From assembly GCA_963798485.1 (NCBI GenBank), contig CAWCTR010000001.1, positions 27,453-91,452 of the forward strand: a stretch of DNA of 64,000 nt, in the 5' to 3' direction. The position numbers and the translations under genes were made by a program. The DNA comes from an uncultured delta proteobacterium. Lineage in GTDB: Bacteria > Desulfobacterota > Desulfomonilia > UBA1062. Under the pieces are notes generated by a model. The model saw nothing but the letters and a program-made list of their open reading frames with translations, was not told the DNA's origin and searched no databases. Numbering within the stretch: position 1 is the stretch's first letter; each line of letters starts with the position of its first letter. Of this stretch, positions 25,914 to 36,039 are shown piece after piece.

Positions 25914-28268
25914 TTACCCAATCATATCATTAACAAGAGAAAGGAGATGACGTCCTAGAATACCGTTATCCAGAAATGTTGCTATCTCTTTCCGTAAGTC
26001 CTTATCATCAGATATATTGAGTAACCAATCAATGACATTTGTTATGAAGTGTTTTTCAATTAACTTATGACTTATAAGCAATTCCCATATCCTATCATTA
26101 TAGGGATTGCCTGGCTTGAATCCAGTCTTATGATGACGATATCGAATGGTCTGGAATCCATAATCACCTTTGAATTTCTTAAGTGCTCTAGTAAGAGCAT
26201 CTTCTGCCAAAGCTTTCTTTATTTCTAAACTTATGCCAGTTTTTCTGATTTTGTTAAGTTCATACTCAGATTCCTTTGAGCAACTTGGGTCGACAATCTG
26301 AATCTCATTTTCATTATCACATGAAATAAATGATAGTGTACCATTGAATATGGAATTAATGAACTTGCTTTCAGTTGAAAAGATACAGTTTTTAAACTCT
26401 ACATCTACAAATGTACAACTTATGAATTCAGTATTACATAAATCATATGCTTTCAATTGACCTGTGAATGTCGTTTTACGGAACCTTATGCCATTCTTCG
26501 ACTGTTCGGCCTTCAGAATAGTAGCCAATCGCTTTATACGTTCCTGCTTGTCTTCACCTAGTACGAGCCTGCTGGCGAGATGAAAAAGAGCCATTGATGA
26601 TGCTTTTTGGATATCACTGAATTCAAAATTTTGTTTGTCAGAGATGATATCCATTGCATGATGCATTGCAGAAAGTAGCCTGACTTCATCAAGAGCTCGC
26701 AATTGACGAATCAGCCAATCAAGTACTTGTGTTTTTCCAGTACTGTTCTCAGCAAGAAGTCGGGCAATCTTTGATCTATTTGTCTTTCCTGTAGTATTTA
26801 TTAAACCAAAGGCCAAGAAACGTGCGAGAAAGTATACACAAAGAACCTCATATCTTGGTCCGAACTTTTCTTTGTCTAGCCGTGCGAGAAAAACATGACT
26901 TGTAAACCTCTGTACAACTGATTGGTCTTTTACATCACAGATTATCTCAAGGAATAACCGCAGATCATCTAATGTAAAAGATTCCGGAAATTCTCTAAAA
27001 AGTTCCTCAAATAACTTAAGTTGGACTTGGGGGTCTATCTCAAGTGTTTGGCGTTTGTTTTCGCGGCGACAAATATCTTCGAGAAGACTCGCAAAAGGAT
27101 CGGACTTATAGGGATTAGCTTCTGCATCTGGATTATCATGTACATAGCGTGCTATAAGATCAAGAATAAAAGGTACACCAGATGGTTTGTCTTCATTCAA
27201 ACCTTCCTGTATGATTTCTTCATACACTCCCCCGCTCACTTGCTTTGATATCCTATAAGCAACATCGCGTTCTGAAGGATTAGAAAGGCGTGCGGTAAAG
27301 TATCTTTTTCGCTGTCTGTTATCAAAACCTTTAAGTCTGTAAACACTCAGTGCAGAAGTGTCAATGTCATCCTTAACAGATTCCCAAAAAGTTTCACGTG
27401 CAGTTAGGAGAATTCGAGCTTGTGGAGAGTCATCCTCTGGAGTAGCCAGTTCTATCAATTCTTTTAGGATCTCATCTGGTCGAAATCCTCCACCAGGGAC
27501 TACACATAATTCATCGAAACCATCAAAGATAACTAGAAAAAGTTCTTCACGAACTAAAACTCTTAATGCTGTTTCGTTACCCATTAGACGACTAGCATGA
27601 TCAAAACGCCGAGAAATAGCTCGATCCCATACAGTATTCATTGTTAGAGCTGCCTGCTGGATTAAATGTCTCCATTGATCTGATTCAACAAGAATGGGAA
27701 TAACATTTTCATCTTTTGAATGAAGTCGTTGGCACAACATTCGTGCTACTGTTGTTTTTCCGACACCACCATTAGCAATCAATACTGATATTCCTGAAGA
27801 TGTTTCAATACCAGTTCGTCTAAGCATCCATTCAGAGAGAACCTTTGTAGCTTCGTGTGCGCTTCGGCCATCTGGTAATTCTATATCAGGATCAATAAAA
27901 TATTCATTTTCTGGTACTGGTTTCCAAGAAAAGTTATTTAGGAAACTATCAATTAATAGCTGTTTCGATGTTCTTATGGAAGTAGAGCTAAAAGTTGTTT
28001 TTGTTTGAGATAAATTCTTAGCCAGCTTACTGCCAGGCGTAACAATAACTTCATAACTCGATCCCTTACTCCATTCTTTCCAAAGTCGAAGGTTTTCTGA
28101 TGTAGCCTCCTTCATAGGACATTTATGCTTTAAATACAAATATGAACCCTCAACATTAGACACAGGGGTTCGGTACACAGCTTTCCAAAAATCCCAGTCT
28201 TTCGCTTCGTGTATAAGGTCTATTTGGCTTGCCCCAAGTGTGGAGAGTATCTCATTGAAATGTTTCAT
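25914..28268 (-). CDS. NACHT/STAND-type NTPase with C-terminal pentapeptide-like repeats (putative antiphage protein)
   Basis: Walker A IANGGVGKTT, Walker B VIFDGFDEL, ILLTARE and GVPFILDL; periodic F....F repeats; AT-rich. Confidence 0.85.
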   Translation of the reverse strand: MKHFNEILSTLGASQIDLIHEAKDWDFWKAVYRTPVSNVEGSYLYLKHKCPMKEATSENLRLWKEWSKGSSYEVIVTPGSKLAKNLSQTKTTFSSTSIRTSKQLLIDSFLNNFSWKPVPENEYFIDPDIELPDGRSAHEATKVLSEWMLRRTGIETSSGISVLIANGGVGKTTVARMLCQRLHSKDENVIPILVESDQWRHLIQQAALTMNTVWDRAISRRFDHASRLMGNETALRVLVREELFLVIFDGFDELCVVPGGGFRPDEILKELIELATPEDDSPQARILLTARETFWESVKDDIDTSALSVYRLKGFDNRQRKRYFTARLSNPSERDVAYRISKQVSGGVYEEIIQEGLNEDKPSGVPFILDLIARYVHDNPDAEANPYKSDPFASLLEDICRRENKRQTLEIDPQVQLKLFEELFREFPESFTLDDLRLFLEIICDVKDQSVVQRFTSHVFLARLDKEKFGPRYEVLCVYFLARFLAFGLINTTGKTNRSKIARLLAENSTGKTQVLDWLIRQLRALDEVRLLSAMHHAMDIISDKQNFEFSDIQKASSMALFHLASRLVLGEDKQERIKRLATILKAEQSKNGIRFRKTTFTGQLKAYDLCNTEFISCTFVDVEFKNCIFSTESKFINSIFNGTLSFISCDNENEIQIVDPSCSKESEYELNKIRKTGISLEIKKALAEDALTRALKKFKGDYGFQTIRYRHHKTGFKPGNPYNDRIWELLISHKLIEKHFITNVIDWLLNISDDKDLRKEIATFLDNGILGRHLLSLVNDMIG

Positions 28269-28586
28269 TCTATGCCACCTCCTCGTAGTGTAAATTATCG
28301 ATAGAGAAGAGATGCCTTTGGGGGGTACTCCTCTTTCATGAAATAGAATACATTAATCAAGATATTAATATTACACAGGCATATTACATCTTTATATATA
28401 AAATGGAAACGATTTATTTGAATTAATGGAGAAATCGGGGAACAGGTTCTCATTTCCCATCCAATTTATAGCCCCCCGAACTTTGCATATGGAATGCCTC
28501 CATATTGTGGTATTACGTGATCACAGATGGATAATTGCATACTTGTCTTTTCCCAAACCCTGAACCAAGACTAAGCAGGCCGTTGA

Positions 28587-30779
28587 ATGTCTATCGAGCG
28601 TAATTTTGATATCCCCCTGATCGCCTCCATGGCGCTCAAGGAGAAACAGATACAGCAAAATTACCGGCCCATCATCGCCGTGCATAAGTGGTTCGCCCGC
28701 AGGCCCGGGACCTTGTTCCGGGGGCTGATCCTGTCCGAATTCAGCAACGAACCCTTATCCAAAACCTTCTTCCACGCAAATGACTTTCCCCACAAGACCA
28801 TTGCTGACCCATTCATGGGTGGCGGTACGCCGTTGATCGAGGCCAACCGCGTGGGGTGCGACGTGCTCGGATTCGACATCAACCCCATGTCAACTTGGAT
28901 CGTACGCGAAGAGATCGAACACCTTGACCTCAATGCCTATGGCATTGCTGCACGGGCATTGATCTCGGACCTGGACAAGGAGATCGGCGGTCTCTACCGT
29001 ACCGACTGCCACATCTATGGGGACAAAGACGTGCCGGTGAAGTACTTCCTCTGGGTAAAGGTTCTTCGCTGTGAGAAATGCGGGAAAGACATGGACCTCT
29101 TCCCCGGATACCTTCTTGCACAGAACCGGCGGCACCCCCGCAATGTTCTTATCTGCTCACAGTGCGGGGACCTCAATGAGATAGAGGACCTGCATTCCCT
29201 GGGGCAATGCACGTTATGCAGTGAACCGCTGAAGCTGGAAGGGCCTGCCAAAAAAAACCGGTGCACATGCCCGCACTGCGGCCATACGAATACATACACC
29301 CGGCCTGCGGACGGTCCGCCTCGGCACCGGCTATTTCGCCTTGGAATACCACAATGCCCGGCGCAAGGCCGTCCATATTGGCAGGTTCTTTAAGAAACCC
29401 GATGCCCAGGATCTGGCCCGGTTCGACACTGCCGGGCAAAGATGGCGATCCCTCGAACCTTTATTTGTCCCTGACCAGAACATCCTTGCCGGCGATGAGT
29501 CCGACCGGCTCCACCGCTGGGGCTACGGCAGATACCGGGACTTGTTCAACGAACGCCAGCTCCTGGGCCTTGAGCTCAGCTGCCGCCTCATCGCCGCCAA
29601 TACAAACGAACGTGTTGGCAGGCACTGGCAACGAACCTCTCGGACCTGCTGCGGTACCAAAACATGCTGTGCCGTTATGATGCAATGGCGTTGAAATCGC
29701 TGGACATCTTTTCCGTGCATGGATTCCCGGTGGGCCTGGTCCAGTGCGAATCCAACATGATCGGGATCATCAACGGCTCTGGTGCACCGGTGGGTTCCGG
29801 TGGCTGGAAGAACATCATAGAAAAGTATACAAGGGCAAAGAAATACTGTGACATGCCCTTTGAGACCCGGCAGGTAAACGGACGCAAGGTGATACTGCCT
29901 ATCAAGGGTGAATGGATCGGCGAGCAGCAAAACGGCGGCCCCAAGAGAAAGATTGCGATCAAGTGCATCAGTTCGACCATGGCAGAGATCCCGGAGCAGA
30001 GCCTGGATGCAGTATTCACCGATCCACCCTATTTCGGGAATGTTCAATATGCCGAGCTGATGGACTTCTGCTATGTATGGCTGAGACGCCTTGTGGGAAA
30101 CGGACCGGATGGTTTTGACCAGGAGTCAACGCGGTCCAAGGACGAGCTGACCGGAAACGAGACACAAAAGCGCGGCATCGAGCATTTCACTCAAGGATTA
30201 TCATCGGTGTATCAACGCATGGCCCTTGCCCTGAAACCTGGCGCACCGCTTGCCTTCACCTTCCATCACAACAAGATGGAGGCATACCATGCAGTGGGTG
30301 TGGCCATCCTCGATGCAGGGCTCGTGTGCTCGGCCACCTTGCCATGCCCGGCTGAAATGGGAGGGTCGATCCATATCCACGGCACCGGCTCTTCCATTAT
30401 CGACACGGTCTTTGTTTGCCGTGCACATGGCACTGTCAACCGCAAAAATCTCTTTCAGACTTCCGCTGAACTTGTCGAGTTGGTCCGTGGTGAGATTGAA
30501 CAACTGAGCGCTGCCGGAATGACACCGACTGCCGGTGATATCCGCTGTATCGTGTATGGACACTTCACCCGCATGGGTATTTGGAACCTCCGCACGAACT
30601 GGGACCCGGCAGTGCCGATTGCAAAACGCCTGAAGATTTTTACTCATGCTGTCTCCCACATGGGAGACCTCCAGGATATTATCCACCAAATTACCATGAA
30701 GCCTTTCGAATCCAATTTGCGTATAGCTGAACCACACCAGCTCTACGGATGTGAGGACTGTGATGCCGTTTCCTTTTGA
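28587..30779 (+). CDS. Adenine-specific DNA methyltransferase with Zn ribbons (DUF1156-like N-terminus); frameshifts near 29340 and 29630
   Basis: HKWFARRP, motif I DPFMGGGT, four CxxC pairs and motif IV FTDPPY across three consecutive ORFs. Confidence 0.9.
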
Positions 30780-31792
30780 AGTGCCCTTCGATCAGGTAGA
30801 GGCCGACCCGGATACCTTTGTCGATGAAGTCTTCGCTACCCTTAGCTCGGACTTCCTCACCATGCCCCGGGGAAAAGGTTTTGTTGAATACCCGGTCTTC
30901 GAACAGGGTTATGAGGAACTGAAACGGGTGACCAAAGGATTCAGGAATCTGAGCGTTGGGACAATCGTTGAGACCGTATCCAGGATGCCTATAACCCTTG
31001 TCGTGCTGCGGGCCATGCTTGGCTTCACCCCTCCTGAGTGGGCCTATATTACGACAGAGCAGACATCGGTTGAGGTTCCGCAGGGCGCAGTCCGCACCCT
31101 TGACCGCAACGTGAGGATGAAACCTTTTACCCCGATGCGCATGAACAGCGGTGTAACCGGGCAGCGTATCCACGCCTTGTTGAGACTGCCTGAAGCTCTT
31201 GGCTGAAGCTGTGCCACACACACCGGGTGTGCTCCACCGCCTTGACAAGGCAGATACACGGCAGGGACTCAAGAGCCTGCAACCGCTGGTAGACCTAGGT
31301 GTGCCCTATGCCATGGTGTTGTATGAACGTTTTCTCGGCAGACCTTTTGCCGGACATCGCGATAGTGTCTCCGAACTGGTCGGAGATGTACTTGAAGCAG
31401 CCATTGAGGCGGCCCTATCTGCAGCGGGCATCAGCTTCCGCAAGACAAAGCGGGCGGAAAGGGTGAACGGGTTTGACCAGGCGCCGGACTTCATCATCCC
31501 GGATGAGTTCAACCCGCAGGTCGTCATCGAGGCAAAGATAACCGAAGATGACGGTACGGCCCGCGATAAGGTAACCCGTATACTGCGACTTGCCACTTTC
31601 AGCACCCAAGGCCTTCCACCAAACGAGCCGCCACGCTATGAGGTTATTGCCTGTATCGCAGGACGCGGATTCAAGGTGCGCCGGGAGGACATGAAGAGAA
31701 TAATCCTGGCTACCCGCGGCAAGGTGTTCACCCTGGCGAACATCGAAAAGTTGATTGCGTGCAGCCGCTTGGCAGAGTTCAGGACGAGGTAG
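30763..31792 (+). CDS. Putative PD-(D/E)xK restriction endonuclease; frameshift near 31190
   Basis: Overlaps the methylase stop; FDQAPDFIIP...VVIEAK..EDDGTARDK catalytic pattern. Confidence 0.8.
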
Positions 31793-32112
31793 GGTTCAGC
31801 AATATTCTTCATGGCCTCCCTCAGTCCGATGTTGTCACGATGAAAATGGTTTTCCCCCCGGTACCGGTAACGGAGCAGCCCTTGTGCATTGAATTTGTCA
31901 TCATAGGGACCTTCGGGTGTGGTGGTTATGGTGAGCGGATAGTCAAGACCCTTAGGCCTGAAGATGCCCTGCGGGGATACCAGGGGAATCCTCCGGCCGG
32001 AAAAGACAAAACCTTCTGCAAGCAGCCGCCGAGGGAGCACATCCCCGTGGAGGGCGACCTGCCCTTTCAGCCAGTCAAAGGCCGCTATGCGTATCTCATG
32101 GTCCAGCGACAT
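31793..32112 (-). pseudogene. N-terminal fragment of a putative HNH-type restriction endonuclease
   Basis: IRIAAFDWL..L.EGF.F.G.RIPLVSPQGIF.P..PLTITT..GPYDD..YRYRG...DNIGLREAM, after which it runs into the convergent endonuclease gene; no HNH domain follows. Confidence 0.7.
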
Positions 32113-32312
32113 GGGAGGGCTTCAATCCATCAACATGCATCACAAATCCAGGACAATGACTTTCACTTCTTATTAAATTGCCAGTAATTGATATATTTAT
32201 TTACCAGGAAAGGACATGGTCTGTCAAAGAGGGCAATAATAATCGAGGGCAGATTATGCAGCCTTGCTTATTGGGTGTTGATTTATAATTAATATTTAAT
32301 TATATATTCATT

Positions 32313-32600
32313 ATGATCGGTTTTTCCTGGGACCACCGGAAAAATGCTGCCAACGCACAGAAGCATGGTGTGACCTTTGAAGAAGCCAAGACAGTGTTCT
32401 ACGACGAGCATGCCCTCAGATACTATGACCCGGATCATTCAGAGGATGAAGACCGGTTCATCATGCTGGGGCTCAGCATACACTTGCGGACATTGGTGGT
32501 GCACCACAGTTATAGACAGGAAGATTCGGTCATCAGGATCATATCGGCAAGGAAGGCCACTGCATCCGAGGAAGAAGCCTACTGGAAGGAGCGACCATGA
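32313..32600 (+). CDS. brnT: BrnT family toxin
   Basis: FSWDHRKNAANAQKHGVTFEEA..DPDHSEDEDR..IRIISARKA. Confidence 0.93.
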   Translation: MIGFSWDHRKNAANAQKHGVTFEEAKTVFYDEHALRYYDPDHSEDEDRFIMLGLSIHLRTLVVHHSYRQEDSVIRIISARKATASEEEAYWKERP

Positions 32601-32827
32601 GAAAAGAATACGATTTCAGCAAAATGAAAGCCCAGAAGAACCCGTACATCAAGGAGTTGAAGACCCAGATAACCATACGCCTTGATAGAGAAACCGTGGA
32701 GTATTTCAAGGCTCTGGCCAAGAAGACCGGCATGTCCTACCAGAACCTGATAAACATATTCCTGAGGGAATGCGCCCAGGCAAAGATGGAGCCCACCATC
32801 AAGTTTCACCCCAGGACAGGGACGTGA
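32597..32827 (+). CDS. brnA: BrnA family antitoxin
   Basis: MRKEYDFS..NPY..ITIRLD..VEYFK..YQNLIN; ATGA overlap with brnT. Confidence 0.93.
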   Translation: MRKEYDFSKMKAQKNPYIKELKTQITIRLDRETVEYFKALAKKTGMSYQNLINIFLRECAQAKMEPTIKFHPRTGT

Positions 32828-32839
32828 CCTCGAAAACAG

Positions 32840-33105
32840 GGCGGCCAATATTACAACGGCTGTTGCCCGCATGGAACATGGGAACCTGTCCCATACGAAA
32901 CCAATTGGACATGGGGTTTATGAGAACAAGGTCGACTTTGGACCGGGGTAATCGGGTCTATTTCGCCAATGATGGGGAAAGGGTTATTATCCTTCTCGGC
33001 GGTGGGTCGAAAAAGGGACAGAGCAGGGACATCAGACGCGCACAGGAATACTGGAAAGACTATAAGCAGCGCAAACACAGGAGCAAACACCATGGCATTG
33101 ACTAA
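32840..33105 (+). pseudogene. RelE/ParE-like addiction-module killer protein, N-terminally truncated and frameshifted
   Basis: AANITTAVARMEHGNL..GVYENKVDFGPG/YRVYFANDGERVIILLGGGSKKGQSRDI; the expected N-terminus is absent. Confidence 0.7.
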
Positions 33106-33429
33106 ATCATTCCGTGGGACCGTGCAGAAGAGGGTCAAGAACGACCCTGCATTCGGGAAGCGCACCTGCTCGAGGAAGCCCTGAACTGTTTCCTGGCAGG
33201 AGATATCGATCCGCCGGGGAAGAACCTCCTTCGGGATTATCTGAATGCCACTGAATCAACACACATCATAGCCGATACAATCCAGACAAAGGTCAAAAGC
33301 CTTCAAAGAGATGGTCGGCCCGAAGGGTAATCCCACGCTCAAGAGACCTGTTCGCTCATTTTCAATGCATATACGATCAACGAAGGGATAAAAGTGTGCG
33401 GCGCAATCCGGTCAGCCCCTGCCGCTTAG
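33092..33429 (+). pseudogene. Addiction-module antidote (HTH) gene with several frameshifts
   Basis: MALTKSFRGTVQKRVKNDPAF / LLEEALNCFLAGD..GKNLLRDYLNAT / GPKGNPT. Confidence 0.7.
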
Positions 33430-33634
33430 GCAGCCGGGACGAATGCAAGGAAAAGCCTGACAGCCCATCATGCGGAGGGAGATAGGGGAAGATCGCCACC
33501 GCCACCGGTCGAGATCGACCAGCAGTCTACCAAAGTGCGAAGACGATGTTTCTTATATTCAAAGCCGGTTCAGCAGTCCTCTCTGAAGGGAAATATCGAG
33601 AAATTTGTCCTCTTTCTCTCTTATGATCCGCCCT

Positions 33635-34480
33635 TCAATCCTCCCTATAGGGCGCATGTTGATGATACAAACCGGGGTGGTAATGTTCAGGGGGGTTGCC
33701 GTGCTCATCGCGGGGCAGGATCGGATCCCGCAGTCGTTTGATGGATATGGCCTTCTCGGGGCAGGCATAGAAACACAGCCCGCAGCCGAAGCAGTTCCCC
33801 TCGGTCCTGCTCCTGCCGTCCACGCTCCTGCGGGCCGAGAAGGGGCATACCTCGATGCATTTCCCGCAGGCCTTGCACCTTTCAGAATCGGTCACCGCCA
33901 TGAAGTAGCCGTCGATGAGCGGATAATTCCGTTGCGAGAGCTCGCGGTTGATGATGTAGGGCACGCAGCCGCACGTGCAGCAGTTGCAGATGACGTATTC
34001 GTTGTAGAGATTGATCGGGCAGTAGATAAAGACCATGTGGAACATGCCGAGCTCGTGGGTCTGCTTCACAATGGCCTTGGCCTCTTCCTTTGAGATCCGG
34101 CGGTACTGGCTGGGAAAGGCCTTCATCCAGGCATCATACCCGGTGCGCATGACGATATCGGTCTCAAGGGGGTGGGGGCACGACCTGTGGCCCATCCGGC
34201 AGCGGCACGGGCCCACCGCGATGGGTCCTGTCAGGCCATCGATCATGGCGAGCACCTCGTCAAAAGGCATGGGCCGGGCGGTATCTCCCAGGTAGCCTAA
34301 GGGCCGGGCAAGCAGGAACCCCGCCACGGCACGGAACCAGCCGATCCGGCCGATCCACTTGAACTTTCCCCTAAGGAGGTGGAAACAGATCTTCAGGAGA
34401 GGGACCTCGACAAAGGCGAAGATATAGAGCGTAAAGCGCCTGAAGCGGCTCTGCTCTGCCGTGATGCCGTGGACGAGCAT
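33635..34480 (-). CDS. 4Fe-4S dicluster binding protein
   Basis: PCRCR, ICNCCTCGC, CKACGKCIEVCP and CFGCGLCFYACP motifs. Confidence 0.9.
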   Translation of the reverse strand: MLVHGITAEQSRFRRFTLYIFAFVEVPLLKICFHLLRGKFKWIGRIGWFRAVAGFLLARPLGYLGDTARPMPFDEVLAMIDGLTGPIAVGPCRCRMGHRSCPHPLETDIVMRTGYDAWMKAFPSQYRRISKEEAKAIVKQTHELGMFHMVFIYCPINLYNEYVICNCCTCGCVPYIINRELSQRNYPLIDGYFMAVTDSERCKACGKCIEVCPFSARRSVDGRSRTEGNCFGCGLCFYACPEKAISIKRLRDPILPRDEHGNPPEHYHPGLYHQHAPYRED

Positions 34481-34486
34481 GCAGGT

Positions 34487-35825
34487 CTACTCGACCTTCC
34501 GGGCTTTGGAGAACAGGCCCTTCGCCTGTATCACGCCCTTGAAGAATCTGAGGAGAACCGGCCGCAGGAACTTTGCCGCGATGAGAGGCTCCAGTGGCTT
34601 GAGCAGGGCAATGCGGTCTTTCCACTGCGGGAACTGATTCGGGTTCATGGCGATCGGCTCCAGCCACATGCGCCCGCGAAAGCGGCCCATGTATGAGGCG
34701 CACTTGTACAGGGCCGTTGCCGTGATGAAGTCATCGGCCCGTTCCTGCTCCCTCGCAACAGGCTGCTCGCCCGTTGCCGTCTGCAGCAGTTCCAGGAAAT
34801 AGTGCAGAGGCTGTGAATCGGGCCACAGGCGCTTGGCCGTGGAGAGCATGTGCGTGCAGCCGGTGCAGAAGGTGACGAAGATGTCGGCCCTTGTTGCGAG
34901 CCCCTCTTCCACCCTGCGGTGGGCCACCCCTGCCATGCGCTCGACGTCGAAGGTCGTGCATCCGCAGCCGATGCCGCAGCACAGGGACGTCTTCCGGTTA
35001 TGCCTCATCTCCACAGGGGTAAGTCCCAGCATGCTTAAAAGGTCGCGGGCCAGGTCGTAAAACTTGTCACCATAAGGCCTGAAGAAACAAGGATCGTGTA
35101 TCGCAGCGGTCCCTGAAAGACTGTTCGTTATCTTGATTTTCCCGGAGTCGATCCTTTCACGCAGCACCTCCAGCAGGTGCACCACTTCGAAGCCATGATC
35201 CACTCCCAGCTTCTCGGGGTGGAATCTGCCGAACATGTAGTTACATCCGGCGCAGAAGGTGACCATTCGCTGGAGCCCCATCTTCTTGAAATGGGATCTG
35301 GAGGCGCACGGCGATCTCTTTCGTCGTGTCCATGAAGCCTATCTGGTAGTAATAGGTCCCGCAGCAGAGCTTCTGGCTGCCGTGGATCTTCATCCCATCG
35401 AGCAGCTTCGTCTGCGTGATGAAGGGCAACAGAGAGGTGTTGCAACCAGGGAAAAGGATCTCATCGGCCCGGCAAGGGATCTCCCACTCATCGAGCAGCT
35501 TCTTCTCGTCTGCAGGGAAACGCGCCTGGACGTAACTCCACAGGTTCGGCTGCTGATAGGGAAGAAGCACTCCACCCTTTTTCGGCAGCCCGGTAGCCCG
35601 GTATCTCTTCTCCAAGAGGCCCAATATCAGGTCGTACGGGTCGTTCCCCTGCGGGCATAATTCCGTGCAGGCCAGGCAACTCGCACAGCTCTCCAGAAGC
35701 CGTTGCGAGGGCGAACCGTAGATCGCCCGTACTATCTCTTCTTTCGCCTCGATAAGCGGAAGCTCCATGAAGGGGCATTTATGAAGACAGATGCCGCATC
35801 GTGTGCATGCCTGCTCGTCAAACAT
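34487..35825 (-). CDS. (Fe-S)-binding CCG-domain protein (HdrD/GlpC-like); frameshift near 35280
   Basis: CTRCGICLHKCP, CASCLACTELCP, FPGC, CCG, HDPC and SLCCG..FCTGC motifs. Confidence 0.9.
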
Positions 35826-36039
35826 CCGTCGCCTCCTTGTTCAGTTGCATCCATCTTATAAAAAGGAGACCTCCATGACAAGGAAAGTCAAGGGAAAACG
35901 GAGATTTCCCTTTTATCATCACGGATGCCCCGAGTTCCGTTGAGTTCTATTTGAATAAATGAATAAATCGGGTCATAGACGATTCTCTCTTTCACCGACA
36001 CAGACCTTATTTATATCAATGCCCTTGCATTCCCCAGCA

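Noticed and set aside
32871-32896. ATGGGAACCTGTCCCAT as a family F repeat arm
   Set aside because: It encodes MEHGNLSH, a conserved-looking part of the RelE-like toxin; the palindrome is probably incidental.
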